This document shows positions 18,087 through 26,917 of a stretch of DNA of 64,000 bases, one piece after another. Made by a program: the position numbers and the translations under genes. The DNA comes from Thermoplasmatota archaeon (GTDB lineage Archaea; Thermoplasmatota; E2; JACPAO01; JAHFTW01): the NCBI GenBank assembly GCA_035526765.1, contig DATLBS010000016.1:8681-72680 (forward strand), written 5' to 3'. Numbering within the stretch: the first letter of the stretch is position 1; each line of letters starts with the position of its first letter. Under the pieces are notes generated by a model. The model was not told the DNA's origin. It was given only the letters and a program-made list of their open reading frames with translations, and ran no database searches.

Positions 18087-18135
18087 CGTCCCTTCCAGAC
18101 CATCCTTTAAGACCGGCCCTTCTGTCCGCGGCGCC

Positions 18136-18738
18136 ATGGGTGCCATCATCGTGACCGGGATCCCAGGCGTTGGGAAGACCACGGTCATGGAGGCCGCCGC
18201 CAAGGCGCGCAGCCTCAAGGTCGCCGTGTACGGCTCCGTCATGTTCGAGGTCGCCTCGGCCAAGGGGCTCGTGCAGTCGCGCGACGAGATGCGCAAGCTC
18301 CCCGCGGACACCCAGAAGTCCATCCAGAAGGAGGCGGCCAGGCGCATCGCCGCCATGGGCGACGTCATCGTCGACACGCACTGCAGCATCAAGACGCCCA
18401 CCGGTTACCTGCCTGGCCTGCCGGCCTGGGTGCTGGCGGAACTGCAGCCCAGCGCCGTCGTCCTGGTCGAGGCGGACCCCCGGGAGATCCTTGGGCGGCG
18501 GCAGGGCGACGCCACCCGGAAGCGCGACGAGGACTCCCTCGAGGCCATCGCGGAGCACCAGGAGTACAACCGCCGCTTCGCGGCCGCCTACGCGACCCTC
18601 ACGGGCGCCACGGTGCACACCGTCCACAACAAGGATGGCGGCGTCGAGGCAGCCCTGCAGCAGATGATGCCCGTGCTGGGCGGCCCCAAGGCGGGCGCTG
18701 CTGGAGCCAAACCCAACGTCCCGGTGGGGGCCCGCTGA
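18136..18738 (+). CDS. adkA: archaeal-type adenylate kinase
   Basis: MGAIIVTGIPGVGKTTV P-loop with the archaeal AdkA layout. First gene of the adk-DUF106-cmk-cbf5 cluster. Confidence 0.85.
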   Translation: MGAIIVTGIPGVGKTTVMEAAAKARSLKVAVYGSVMFEVASAKGLVQSRDEMRKLPADTQKSIQKEAARRIAAMGDVIVDTHCSIKTPTGYLPGLPAWVLAELQPSAVVLVEADPREILGRRQGDATRKRDEDSLEAIAEHQEYNRRFAAAYATLTGATVHTVHNKDGGVEAALQQMMPVLGGPKAGAAGAKPNVPVGAR

Positions 18739-19445
18739 TGGCCAAAGACATGGCGCCGGCGCGCAAGGGCGGCTCCGGCAACCTCGTGAACATCGTGGGC
18801 CTCGTGCTGGTGTTCTTCATCCTCTTCAACGCGGACGCCCGCAACGCGATGGGCAAGTACGCGGGCTACGTGATGGACCCCCTCATCGGCTTCGGCGGCC
18901 GCTACCCCGTCCTGACCATCCTCATCGCCGGCGCCATCCTGGTGGCCGCGACCACGGTGGTGCGCCACTTCACCACGGACTGGATCGAGACCGCCCGCAC
19001 GACGGCCTACTCGCGCCACTACCAGAAGGAGATGATGGCGGCGCGAAAGGAGAACAACACCTACAAGATCAAGAAGCTCACCGAGGCGCAGCCGGAGATG
19101 ATGAAGCGCACGCAGGAGATGAACTCCAAGCAGCTCAAGACGATGCCCATCACGATGCTGGTGGCCGTCCCCCTCTTCGCGTGGGTCAGCACCTTCCTTG
19201 CCGGCCTCGACTACACGTGGTACTCCGCGCCGTGGAACCCCAGCGTCGACATGTTCGCCACCAACGGCATCCTGCCCTTCGGCGCACACGGCTCCAGCCT
19301 CTTCCAGCACTGGATCCTCCTCTACATGACGCTCAGCATCCCGCTGGGCGCCCTCATCCAGAAGACGATGAAGTACTTCGCCTGGAAGGAGCGCTGGCAG
19401 AAGCGCCACCACCCGCACCACGAGCCCGGGGCCCCCAAGGCATGA
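18738..19445 (+). CDS. DUF106 (EMC3/TMCO1/YidC-like) membrane protein
   Basis: ATGA overlap with adkA. Three-TM layout with a charged coiled-coil loop, at its conserved position between adk and cmk in archaea. Confidence 0.8.
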   Translation: MAKDMAPARKGGSGNLVNIVGLVLVFFILFNADARNAMGKYAGYVMDPLIGFGGRYPVLTILIAGAILVAATTVVRHFTTDWIETARTTAYSRHYQKEMMAARKENNTYKIKKLTEAQPEMMKRTQEMNSKQLKTMPITMLVAVPLFAWVSTFLAGLDYTWYSAPWNPSVDMFATNGILPFGAHGSSLFQHWILLYMTLSIPLGALIQKTMKYFAWKERWQKRHHPHHEPGAPKA

Positions 19446-20008
19446 GCCCCCCCACGCTCCCCCCGGCCACCACGGTCACCGTCGGGGGCCTGCCCGGCAC
19501 CGGCACCAGCACCCTGTGCAAGCTCCTCGAGAGGGAACTGGGCCTTCCCTACCACTACGCCGGCGCCCTCTTCCGCGCCGAGGCGCAGCGCCGCGGCCTG
19601 AGCCTCGCCGAGTTCGGCGCCCTCAGCCAGCGCGACCCCTCCATCGACGAGGCCCTCGACGACCGCCAGATCGGCATGCTCCGCAAGGGGGGCGTCATCC
19701 TCGAGGGCCGGCTCAGCGGCTGGCTGGCGGCGCGCCACAAACTCCCCGCCTTCAAGGTCTGGGTCACCTGCGACGACAAGGAACGCATCCGCCGCATCGT
19801 CCGCCGCGACGGCGGCGACGAGCGCGCGCAGCAGGAGGCCACCGAGCGGCGCGAGGCCTCCGAGGCGGACCGGTACCTCCGCTACTACGGCGCCGACCTC
19901 AACGACCTCAGCCGCTACGACCTCGTCCTCGACTCCACCGCGACCGCCCCGGAGGCCCTCGCTGAGGCCGTGCGGGAGGCCCTGGCGCGCCAGGTGGCCA
20001 AGGCGTGA
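19442..20008 (+). CDS. cmk: archaeal-type cytidylate kinase
   Basis: ATGA overlap with the upstream gene. GLPGTGTSTLCKLL P-loop. About 188 aa. Confidence 0.85.
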   Translation: MSPPTLPPATTVTVGGLPGTGTSTLCKLLERELGLPYHYAGALFRAEAQRRGLSLAEFGALSQRDPSIDEALDDRQIGMLRKGGVILEGRLSGWLAARHKLPAFKVWVTCDDKERIRRIVRRDGGDERAQQEATERREASEADRYLRYYGADLNDLSRYDLVLDSTATAPEALAEAVREALARQVAKA

Positions 20009-20082
20009 GCGCGGCCGCGGCACGCAAGGGCCCCGCGCGCTCCGGCGTGCTGCCGGCCGAGCGCCCCCGCAAGCGCCTCGTG

Positions 20083-21036
20083 CGCATGGCCGCGGAGACC
20101 GACGACAAGTACGGCAAGCGGCCCGAGGACCGCACGCTGCCCGAACTGATGGCCGCCGGCGTCGTGCCGCTGGACAAGCCGGCGGGGCCCACCAGCCACC
20201 AGGTGGCGGCGTGGATGAAGGGCGTGCTGGAGGTCCCCGACGTGGGCCACGGCGGCACCCTGGACCCCAACGTCACCGGTGCCCTGCCCGTCACCATCAA
20301 CGGCGCCGTGAAGGCCGTCGGCGCCCTCCTGTCCGCAGGCAAGGAGTACGTCGCCCTCATGCGGCTGCACGAGGGTCGCGGCGAGGCCGACGTGCGACGC
20401 GTCGCGGCCCAGTTCGTGGGCAAGATCAACCAGACGCCCCCCGTACGGTCCGCCGTGGCGCGCCGGCCCCGCATCCGCCGCGTCTACTACCTGGACGTGC
20501 TGGAATGCACGGAGCGCGACGTCCTCTTCCGGGTGGGCTGCCAGGCGGGCACCTACATCCGCAACCTCTGCGTCGACATGGGGCGTGCGCTGGGCACGCG
20601 GGGGCACATGCAGGAGCTGCGCCGCACCCGCACCGGCCTGTTCACGGAGGCAGACCTCGTGACCATGCACGACTGCCTGGACGCCCGCATCTTCTGGCAG
20701 CAGGACGCCACGGACGAGGCTCCCCTGCGCCGCTGTGTCAAGCCCGTGGAGGCCGTCACCGCGCACCTCAACAGCATGACGCTGCGCGACTCCGCCGTGG
20801 ACGCCGTCTGCCACGGTGCCCCCCTTGCCGTCATCGGGGTGGCCAGCCTGGACGCCGGCATCGAGGAGGGCGAACCCGTGGCACTCATGTCCCTGAAGGG
20901 CGAGCTCGTGGCCCTGGCGGAATCCAAGATGACCAGCAAGTTGGTCCTCGACTCCGAGAAGGGCATCGCCGCCACGCCCTCCCGCGTCGTGATGCGCAAG
21001 GGCACCTACCCGCGCACCTGGAAAGCCAAGGAGTAG
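20083..21036 (+). CDS. cbf5: tRNA pseudouridine synthase Cbf5 (TruB family with a PUA domain); an alternative GTG start at 20005 overlaps the cmk stop
   Basis: Contains LDKPAGPTSHQVAAWMK..GHGGTLDPNVTG (the TruB catalytic Asp motif) and a C-terminal PUA domain. No L14e gene separates cmk and cbf5 here. Confidence 0.85.
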   Translation, partial: RMAAETDDKYGKRPEDRTLPELMAAGVVPLDKPAGPTSHQVAAWMKGVLEVPDVGHGGTLDPNVTGALPVTINGAVKAVGALLSAGKEYVALMRLHEGRGEADVRRVAAQFVGKINQTPPVRSAVARRPRIRRVYYLDVLECTERDVLFRVGCQAGTYIRNLCVDMGRALGTRGHMQELRRTRTGLFTEADLVTMHDCLDARIFWQQDATDEAPLRRCVKPVEAVTAHLNSMTLRDSAVDAVCHGAPLAVIGVASLDAGIEEGEPVALMSLKGELVALAESKMTSKLVLDSEKGIAATPSRVVMRKGTYPRTWKAKE

Positions 21037-21037
21037 C

Positions 21038-21961
21038 ATGGTCACCCCCTACGCCGGTTACTGGGCCACGGCCTGGCTACTGGCCCTGCTATCGGGTGGG
21101 CTCGCGCGCCTCATGGGCCAGCGCCCCTGGCGCGCCGCGGGCCTCGGCCTCATGACGGTGCCGCTGTGGACCACGGGCATCGACATCGGACTCTCCATCG
21201 CGCCCCTCGTGCAGGGCGGCACGGTCCTGCAGGCCGCCTCCCGCCGCGCCCTGAGCGACCAGGCCATCGGCGCCATCCTCGTGAACCTTGGCTACCTGGG
21301 CGCCGGGTTCCTCGTGTACGCGACCGACGGCCGCGTGCTGTCGAAGGACCTCCGGGGCCTCGCGCGGGAACTGGCCTCCGTGGTCCCCCTCTGGCGCAAC
21401 GAGGGCGCCTCCGCCGCCGCGGGCCTCGCCGTGACGCCGCTGCTGGCCCTCGGCTTCACCCTGCTCGTGATGCTGACGCAGGGCATCCGGGTCCTCAACA
21501 ACGGCGACGACTCGCAGTACTTCACCAACATGACGCTGTACCACGCGGTCCTCATCAGCGCGGCCGCAGCCCTGGGGGAGGAGCTGCTGTTCCGCGGCCT
21601 GTTGCAGGGCCTCCTCGCGCGCGGCCTCGTGGGGCTGGGGCGTGGCGCCGCGACGACCGTGGCCATCGTCCTGCAGGCCATCGTGTTCGGCTTCGCGCAC
21701 GCCGGGTACGGCAACTTCAGCCACGTGCTCTTCCCTGCCGTGTTCGGGTTGCTGGCGGGCTTCCTCTCCTGGCGGTTCGGGCTGTGGAGCGCGATCGTGC
21801 TGCACTTCCTCGCAGACTTCTACCAGTTCGGCCTCGAGGCGGGCACGCAGGTGGCCTGGGTCTCCTGGCTGGTGCAGGCCCTGTTCCTGCTGAACATCGC
21901 GTTCAGCATTGTTTGGGTTGCGGCGATGTGGCGCCGGCGACGGGTACGTGCCGGGGAATAG
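21038..21961 (+). CDS. CPBP-family intramembrane metalloprotease (CAAX protease/Abi-like)
   Basis: Multi-TM protein with EELLFRG and FGFAHAG motifs. Confidence 0.75.
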   Translation: MVTPYAGYWATAWLLALLSGGLARLMGQRPWRAAGLGLMTVPLWTTGIDIGLSIAPLVQGGTVLQAASRRALSDQAIGAILVNLGYLGAGFLVYATDGRVLSKDLRGLARELASVVPLWRNEGASAAAGLAVTPLLALGFTLLVMLTQGIRVLNNGDDSQYFTNMTLYHAVLISAAAALGEELLFRGLLQGLLARGLVGLGRGAATTVAIVLQAIVFGFAHAGYGNFSHVLFPAVFGLLAGFLSWRFGLWSAIVLHFLADFYQFGLEAGTQVAWVSWLVQALFLLNIAFSIVWVAAMWRRRRVRAGE

Positions 21962-22026
21962 GTCCACGCCGCCGCTGCCGACCCGCGCGGAGGAAGGTCC
22001 ATCCTGAGCGCGTCCTTGCCTGACGC

Positions 22027-23013
22027 ATGCGACTGGACCCCACCCGGGCTAGCCTCCTCGCCATGCTGCTCTCTACCACGGCGCTCGTGCTTGCGTCAGG
22101 ATACGCGGGGGCCCTGGGCGCGGATGAGCACCGCATCCGTCACGCTGGCGTCATGCAGACCTCCGGCGACCAGGACCTGTTCATCAGCTACCCGGTGGAA
22201 GGGCGCCCGGGCGATATCGTACGGGTCGACGAGGATTCCCGTCCCTATCTCGCCGCGGACTTCGACCTCTACCTCGTCCCCCTTGGGCATGCCCAGGACA
22301 TCGTCGGGGGCACAGCACAGATCCTCGCCCACGCCCGCCCTGTCTCGAGGGAGGAACGCGTTGCCCAGACGATCCATTTGGAGCGCAATGGAACCACCTC
22401 CGCCATGGGCAGCGTCCGGGAAGACCCGCGGGCCTTCAGGCTGTTCCTGGGCGAAGGCCGGCCGCCGGTCCTGCAGGCCACCATCCCTCCCGGCGCAACC
22501 GGCATCGAGGTCACATGGGTCAACACGACCGCAGGAATCCCCGACGACACCATGTTCGAGGCTTCCATCACGCGCCTCGACCACTTCTGGGCCAGCTTGC
22601 TCTGGCCGTTCCTCGCAGCCGAAGCCTTGCTGGTCGTCGGGGCCATCATCACCGGCACCGTCTGGCTCCGTTCCAGTCGAGGCCAGCAAGCGCATGGCGC
22701 CGTGGGAACCCGCGGCCTCGACACGGGAGACATCGTCCACCTTGTGGAGGCCGCCGGCACCCACCTGCGCAGGCTGCGGGACACGGTCTGGATCGCAGGG
22801 GTCCTGCTGGTGGCCTGCCTCGCGATGGGGCATGACCTGCTCGTACGCTACCTCGGCGACGAGCCCCAGAGCCCGACCGCCCCAGGTGCGGTCCATCTCG
22901 CATACCTTCTTGCGGCAGCGCTGGCCTTGGGCGCGTGGTTCATCCTGGCCTACCGTTCCAATCGCGAGCTGGAGCGGTGGCGCGCACACATGCGGACTGA
23001 CGCCTTCGCGTGA
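22027..23013 (+). CDS. hypothetical secreted/membrane protein
   Basis: Signal peptide MRLDPTRASLLAMLLSTTALVLASG, and two C-terminal TM helices. No recognisable family. Confidence 0.5.
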   Translation: MRLDPTRASLLAMLLSTTALVLASGYAGALGADEHRIRHAGVMQTSGDQDLFISYPVEGRPGDIVRVDEDSRPYLAADFDLYLVPLGHAQDIVGGTAQILAHARPVSREERVAQTIHLERNGTTSAMGSVREDPRAFRLFLGEGRPPVLQATIPPGATGIEVTWVNTTAGIPDDTMFEASITRLDHFWASLLWPFLAAEALLVVGAIITGTVWLRSSRGQQAHGAVGTRGLDTGDIVHLVEAAGTHLRRLRDTVWIAGVLLVACLAMGHDLLVRYLGDEPQSPTAPGAVHLAYLLAAALALGAWFILAYRSNRELERWRAHMRTDAFA

Positions 23014-23016
23014 GGC

Positions 23017-23286
23017 ATGACGTTCCGCCCCGACCTCTACGTCCTCGCCAGGTTCCTGGAACGCCTGGCCGAGCCAAGGCCCTGGACCCGCGCATCGCTG
23101 CAGCTGGCCGTGCGGCTGAACTACACCCTCTTTGCCCGCTACCTGGACTTCCTCGCCGGGAAAGGATGGGTGCGTATCGAGGCCACAGAGACGCCAGCCA
23201 CCATCGTGCTGACGCATGCGGGACACGAGGCGTGGTCTGCGCTCAGGACCTGGCTTGCAACGTGGCTGAGCGGCTCGAAGCTGTGA
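23017..23286 (+). CDS. small winged-helix protein (89 aa), putative transcription factor
   Basis: Near-abutting the upstream gene. Reads LYVLARFLERLAEPRPWTRASLQLAVRLNYTLFARYLDFLAGKGWVRIE, an HTH plus wing. Confidence 0.5.
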   Translation: MTFRPDLYVLARFLERLAEPRPWTRASLQLAVRLNYTLFARYLDFLAGKGWVRIEATETPATIVLTHAGHEAWSALRTWLATWLSGSKL

Positions 23287-23531
23287 GTGCGAAATCAAGA
23301 CCAGACCCCAGCCCTCGATGACCGGCCTTAGCCGTGCATGGATGGCGCTCGCCAGGGTCGTCGAGAGGGGCACGCGCGGTCGACTTGCGGCCCCGCTTGG
23401 ATCTCGCTGGGCAAGCGCCGAGGGTCGTCGAGCGCGCAGCAGCGCGGTCGACGCCTGAGCGAAGCGAGGGAGACCCTCGGTGCTTGGTGGCGTTCGCGCG
23501 CGGCTGCGCCGCGCGCACCGAACGCTGCAAG

Positions 23532-23617
23532 CGCCGAGGGTGAGATTTGAACTCACGCGGGAGTTTCCCCCCACAAGCTTTCCAGGCTTGCGCCTTACCG
23601 GTCTAGACTACCTCGGC
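23532..23617 (-). tRNA. tRNA-Ser (anticodon GGA), with a long variable arm
   Basis: Minus-strand RNA GCCGAGG-UA-GUC..GGC-..CAAGC-CUGGAAA-GCUUG-[variable arm GGGGG/CUCCC]-GUGAG-UUCAAAU-CUCAC-CCUCGGC-G. Acceptor, anticodon and T arms pair well. Ends are +/-2 nt. Confidence 0.8.
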
Positions 23618-23694
23618 AAAGGAGTCGGGGCATGGCCCCCGGATGTCGCGCGCACAACGGCCTGCTATTTAACGGGAAAGGAAGTCGCAACGCC

Positions 23695-24372
23695 ATGGCG
23701 TGGCTTTGGCAGGTGATGCGGCCCTGGGCGATCCCCCTCGTGCGCGTGGCCTTCCGCATCCGCGTCGAGGGCCGCAAGCACATCCCGAAGAAGGGAGCCG
23801 CCATCCTGGCCTCCAACCACCTCTCGGCCCTGGACCACGTGGTCCTCCCGGCCGTGACGCGGCGGACCATCATCAACATTAGCAAGGCCGAGCACTTCGA
23901 CAAGCCCCTCAAGGCGTGGTTCTTCCGCCACTGGGGCGTCATCCGTCTCCTGCGCGGCAGCGGCGACCAGGCGGCCCTCGATGCGGCCCGCAAGGCCCTG
24001 CGCGCCGGCAACCTGTTCGCCATCTACCCCGAGGGGACGCGGAGCCTCGACGGCAAGCTGCACAAGGGCCACACCGGTGTGGCGCGTCTCGCCCTGGAGC
24101 TGCAGGTGCCCGTCATCCCCGTCGCCATGGTGGGCACCTTCGAGGCCAAGCCGAAGGGGGGCAAGACGAGGTACTTCACGAAGACGGCGGCCATCGTGGG
24201 GGAGCCCCTGGACTTCTCGCGGCATTGGGGCAAGCACAACGACAAGGCCGTGTGCCGCGAGGTCACGGACGAGGTCATGCGCGCCATCCAGCGCCTGTCG
24301 GGGCAGGAGTACGTGGACGAGTACCAGCACAACCCCGCCGTCCCCGGCCACGCCAGGCCCAAGGCGACCTGA
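23695..24372 (+). CDS. second PlsC-family acyltransferase-like protein
   Basis: Internal ATG MAWLWQ. NHLSALD (NHxxxxD) and YPEGTRS motifs. Paralog of 15627..16523. Confidence 0.7.
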   Translation: MAWLWQVMRPWAIPLVRVAFRIRVEGRKHIPKKGAAILASNHLSALDHVVLPAVTRRTIINISKAEHFDKPLKAWFFRHWGVIRLLRGSGDQAALDAARKALRAGNLFAIYPEGTRSLDGKLHKGHTGVARLALELQVPVIPVAMVGTFEAKPKGGKTRYFTKTAAIVGEPLDFSRHWGKHNDKAVCREVTDEVMRAIQRLSGQEYVDEYQHNPAVPGHARPKAT

Positions 24373-24719
24373 TGGGGGTCACGTTCTGGGGCCGCAAGGG
24401 GTCGCAGGAGACCCTCGACGCCATCGCCTTCCTGAAGAAGGAGCGCTACGGGGCCGACCGCGTGCTGGACCTCGACCAGACACCTCCGACGCTTGCGGAG
24501 ATGGTGCTGCTGGCCAAGGGACTGGGGGACCTAGCCGATGCGATCCATCCGCGCCACGCCGACGCAGCTCCCCCCTCCGACGGCGACCCGCTGGGCGCCT
24601 GGCTGGCCGCCGATCCGCGCAGGATGCGTGACCCGTTGCTGCTGACGCCGAAAGGGGCTCAGGCGGGATTCCGTGAGCAGAGATGGCGTGCCTTCCTTGA
24701 CATCGGGAAAGGACGATGA
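24372..24719 (+). CDS. ArsC/Spx/YffB-family thioredoxin-fold protein (arsenate-reductase-like, with Ser in place of Cys)
   Basis: MGVTFWGRKGSQETLDAIAFLKK resembles the N-terminus of the ArsC family (TxYxxxxCxxSR). Overlaps the upstream stop. Confidence 0.5.
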   Translation: MGVTFWGRKGSQETLDAIAFLKKERYGADRVLDLDQTPPTLAEMVLLAKGLGDLADAIHPRHADAAPPSDGDPLGAWLAADPRRMRDPLLLTPKGAQAGFREQRWRAFLDIGKGR

Positions 24720-24781
24720 CTTGGTGCATGTGAGCCACGGAATCTGCTGAATCCAAGTACGAATCCGGGAATCCGGCCACG

Positions 24782-25708
24782 ATGATGAGGCTCGGTGCCC
24801 ACAACTCGATCGCGGGGGGCATGCACAACGCGGTGGCGGAGTGCGTCGCCATCGGCGGGGAGGCGATGCAGGTGTTCTGCAAGAACCAGCGGCAATGGAA
24901 GGCCAAGCCCCTCATGCCCGACGAGATCAAGCAGTTCAAGGACGCCGTGGCCGCCGCCGGGATCGGGCCCGTCATGGTGCACGACTCCTACCTCATCAAC
25001 ATGAGCCACCCCGACGCCGGGAAGCGCGAGCAGAGCCGCCTTGCCTTCATGGACGAGCTGGAGCGCACGGAGGCCCTGGGCATCCAGTACCTGAACTTCC
25101 ATCCGGGCTCCCACGTGCATGATGACAAGGGCAGACGGGACGACCGTGCCCACCGCGACCAGTGCCTCGACCACCTGGCGGCGGCCATGGCGCAATGCAT
25201 CGACGAATCGAAGGGCTACAAGACGAAGCTGGTGATCGAGAACGCGGCGGGGCAGGGCACGAACATCGGCAGCACCTGGGAGGAGATCGGCCGCCTCGTC
25301 GATGCCGTGGGAAGCAAGGACCGCGTCGGCGTCACCGTGGACACCCAGCACTCCTGGGCCGCCGGCTACGACTGGAACAGGAAGTACGACGAGTGCTGGG
25401 ACCAGTTCGACTCGGCGGTCGGCATCGGGTGGCTCGTGGCGTTCCACCTCAACGACTCCAAGCAGCCCTGCGGTGCCCGCGTGGACCGCCACGACACCAT
25501 CGGCGAGGGCCTGCTGGGGCTCGAGTTCTTCCGCACCCTCGTGAACGACCGCCGCTTCGACGGCAAGGTCGGCTACCTCGAGACGCCGGAAGGCCTCGAG
25601 TCATGGAAGCGGGAGCTGGCGTTGCTGCGCTCGCTGCGCACCGATGAGGAGGCCCCCCGACGGGGAAGCTCGGCCCAGTCGCCAAGGTCCCGGCAGGCCC
25701 GTCTCTAG
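24782..25708 (+). CDS. nfo: endonuclease IV (AP endonuclease family 2)
   Basis: MRLGAHNSIAGG...QYLNFHPGSH...LVIENAAGQGTNIG...VDTQH, with TIM-barrel metal-site motifs. Confidence 0.85.
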   Translation: MMRLGAHNSIAGGMHNAVAECVAIGGEAMQVFCKNQRQWKAKPLMPDEIKQFKDAVAAAGIGPVMVHDSYLINMSHPDAGKREQSRLAFMDELERTEALGIQYLNFHPGSHVHDDKGRRDDRAHRDQCLDHLAAAMAQCIDESKGYKTKLVIENAAGQGTNIGSTWEEIGRLVDAVGSKDRVGVTVDTQHSWAAGYDWNRKYDECWDQFDSAVGIGWLVAFHLNDSKQPCGARVDRHDTIGEGLLGLEFFRTLVNDRRFDGKVGYLETPEGLESWKRELALLRSLRTDEEAPRRGSSAQSPRSRQARL

Positions 25709-25834
25709 TCGTTCCCCCACGGTGTCGTCCACCAGCCCCGCACCGCAGGCTCGCGCAAGGGCGGACGCCGGCCGCAGTGGCCGCCAAAGCTGTCCCAGAG
25801 CGCTCTAAGCACCGTCAAGGCCAAGTGAGGCTCC

Positions 25835-26236
25835 ATGGCAACGACCCGCATGGGCCGCCGCGGCGGCCGCAAGACCGTCCGATCGGCTGGCAAGCGCTCC
25901 GTCCGCAAGGTGGCGCGCTCGACCCGCAAGGCGACCCGCAAGGTCGCGCGCACCGCGAAGAAGGCGACACGCAAGGTCGCCCGCAAGACGACGAAGGGCC
26001 ACCGGAAGGTCGCCCGCAAGACGACGAAGGCCAACCGCAAGGTGGCGCGCAAGGGCGCCCGCCGCACCCTGTCGCGCGGCTCCCGGCCATCACGCCGCAT
26101 GAACGAGCCCCGCCGCGAGATGCTCCAGTTCCAGGAGGTCCCCATGGACTCCTCCTACGGATCCGGCTCTTACACGCCGCGCGCGGAGCCTAAGAAGGAG
26201 CACAAGGGCTTCCTTGGCTTCCTCGGCTTCCGCTAG
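25835..26236 (+). CDS. highly basic repeat protein (RKVAR repeats of about 11 aa), histone-H1/AlgP-like low-complexity protein
   Basis: Repeats KATRKVARTAK / KATRKVARKTT / KGHRKVARKTT / KANRKVARKGA. Non-repeat tail ...EPKKEHKGFLGFLGFR. GAGG sits 7 nt upstream of the ATG and a T-rich terminator follows at 26240-26270. The opposite-strand ORF is its mirror artifact. Confidence 0.55.
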   Translation: MATTRMGRRGGRKTVRSAGKRSVRKVARSTRKATRKVARTAKKATRKVARKTTKGHRKVARKTTKANRKVARKGARRTLSRGSRPSRRMNEPRREMLQFQEVPMDSSYGSGSYTPRAEPKKEHKGFLGFLGFR

Positions 26237-26239
26237 GCC

Positions 26240-26270
26240 GCCGGCGACGCTTCTCCTTCCCTTTTTCCCC
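26240..26270 (+). terminator. T/C-rich tract after the basic repeat protein gene
   Basis: cttctccttccctttttcccctattctttggg. Confidence 0.35.
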
Positions 26271-26893
26271 TATTCTTTGGGCTTGGTGCTGAGCTCGGCG
26301 AAGGCCATCTTGCCGCTGAGGCGGTTGACCTTGGCCCACACGGTCTGGCCGACCTGGCCGCCGGGCACGATGAAGAAGTAGCCTTCGTACGCACCCTTGC
26401 CCTCGCCGCGCTGGCCGGGCTGCGTGAGGCGGATCTCGTAGACGCCGCCCTCCTTGACGGCGGCCTCCTGGCGGCGCGCCTTGCGGGCCTTGATGGGGGT
26501 GTGCGCGCCGCAGGCCTCGCAGCGCAGGATGGTGACGCGGGCGTCCTTCTCCAGGTGGGTGTCGGGGGCGCCGCACTCGACGCAGCGCACGTAGGTCTCG
26601 ACGTAGTCCTCCAGGACGCCTTTGATCTTCGACTCCGACACCTTGCCGGTGAACACGAGGCGGTCGCCGTCGATGCCGCCGGCGGTGCCGATCTGGGAGA
26701 GCAGGAACTTCGCCATGTGGTCCGGCTCGCGGCGCGTCGCGGCGATCATCTCCTTGAAGTTGCGCAGCAGCGTCATGCGGCCCTCGGGGATGATCTCGGG
26801 GCGGGGGAGGCTCCAGCGGTCCTTGTTGCCCACGTTCTCCGGCAGCGTCGAGCGCGCCTTCTTCAGGAGAGCGAGGTAGTCGTTCTGGTCCAT
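26270..26893 (-). CDS. translation initiation factor aIF2 beta subunit fused to a C-terminal TRAM domain
   Basis: aIF2-beta core (MDQNDYLALLKKARSTLPENV...CVECGAPDTHL...CEACGAHTPI Zn ribbon) of about 135 aa. Followed by GGVYEIRLTQPGQRGEGKGAYEGYFFIVPGGQVGQTVWAKVNRLSGKMAFAEL, which matches the TRAM beta-barrel pattern. Confidence 0.75.
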   Translation of the reverse strand: MDQNDYLALLKKARSTLPENVGNKDRWSLPRPEIIPEGRMTLLRNFKEMIAATRREPDHMAKFLLSQIGTAGGIDGDRLVFTGKVSESKIKGVLEDYVETYVRCVECGAPDTHLEKDARVTILRCEACGAHTPIKARKARRQEAAVKEGGVYEIRLTQPGQRGEGKGAYEGYFFIVPGGQVGQTVWAKVNRLSGKMAFAELSTKPKE

Positions 26894-26917
26894 GCGGCGG
26901 CCAGGAAGGCGCGGGCT

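Noticed and set aside
23655-23720. Possible C/D-box sRNA reading of the intergenic repeat copies (AATGATCC ... CTGA-like)
   Set aside because: The putative C box (UGAUCC) is imperfect and is not conserved in copies A and C. No paired C'/D' boxes with guide spacing are present.
25705-26145. Minus-strand ORF with ATLR repeats
   Set aside because: It is the mirror image of the plus-strand RKVAR-repeat gene. The plus strand has the RBS-like GAGG, a T-rich terminator, and a non-repeat C-terminal tail.
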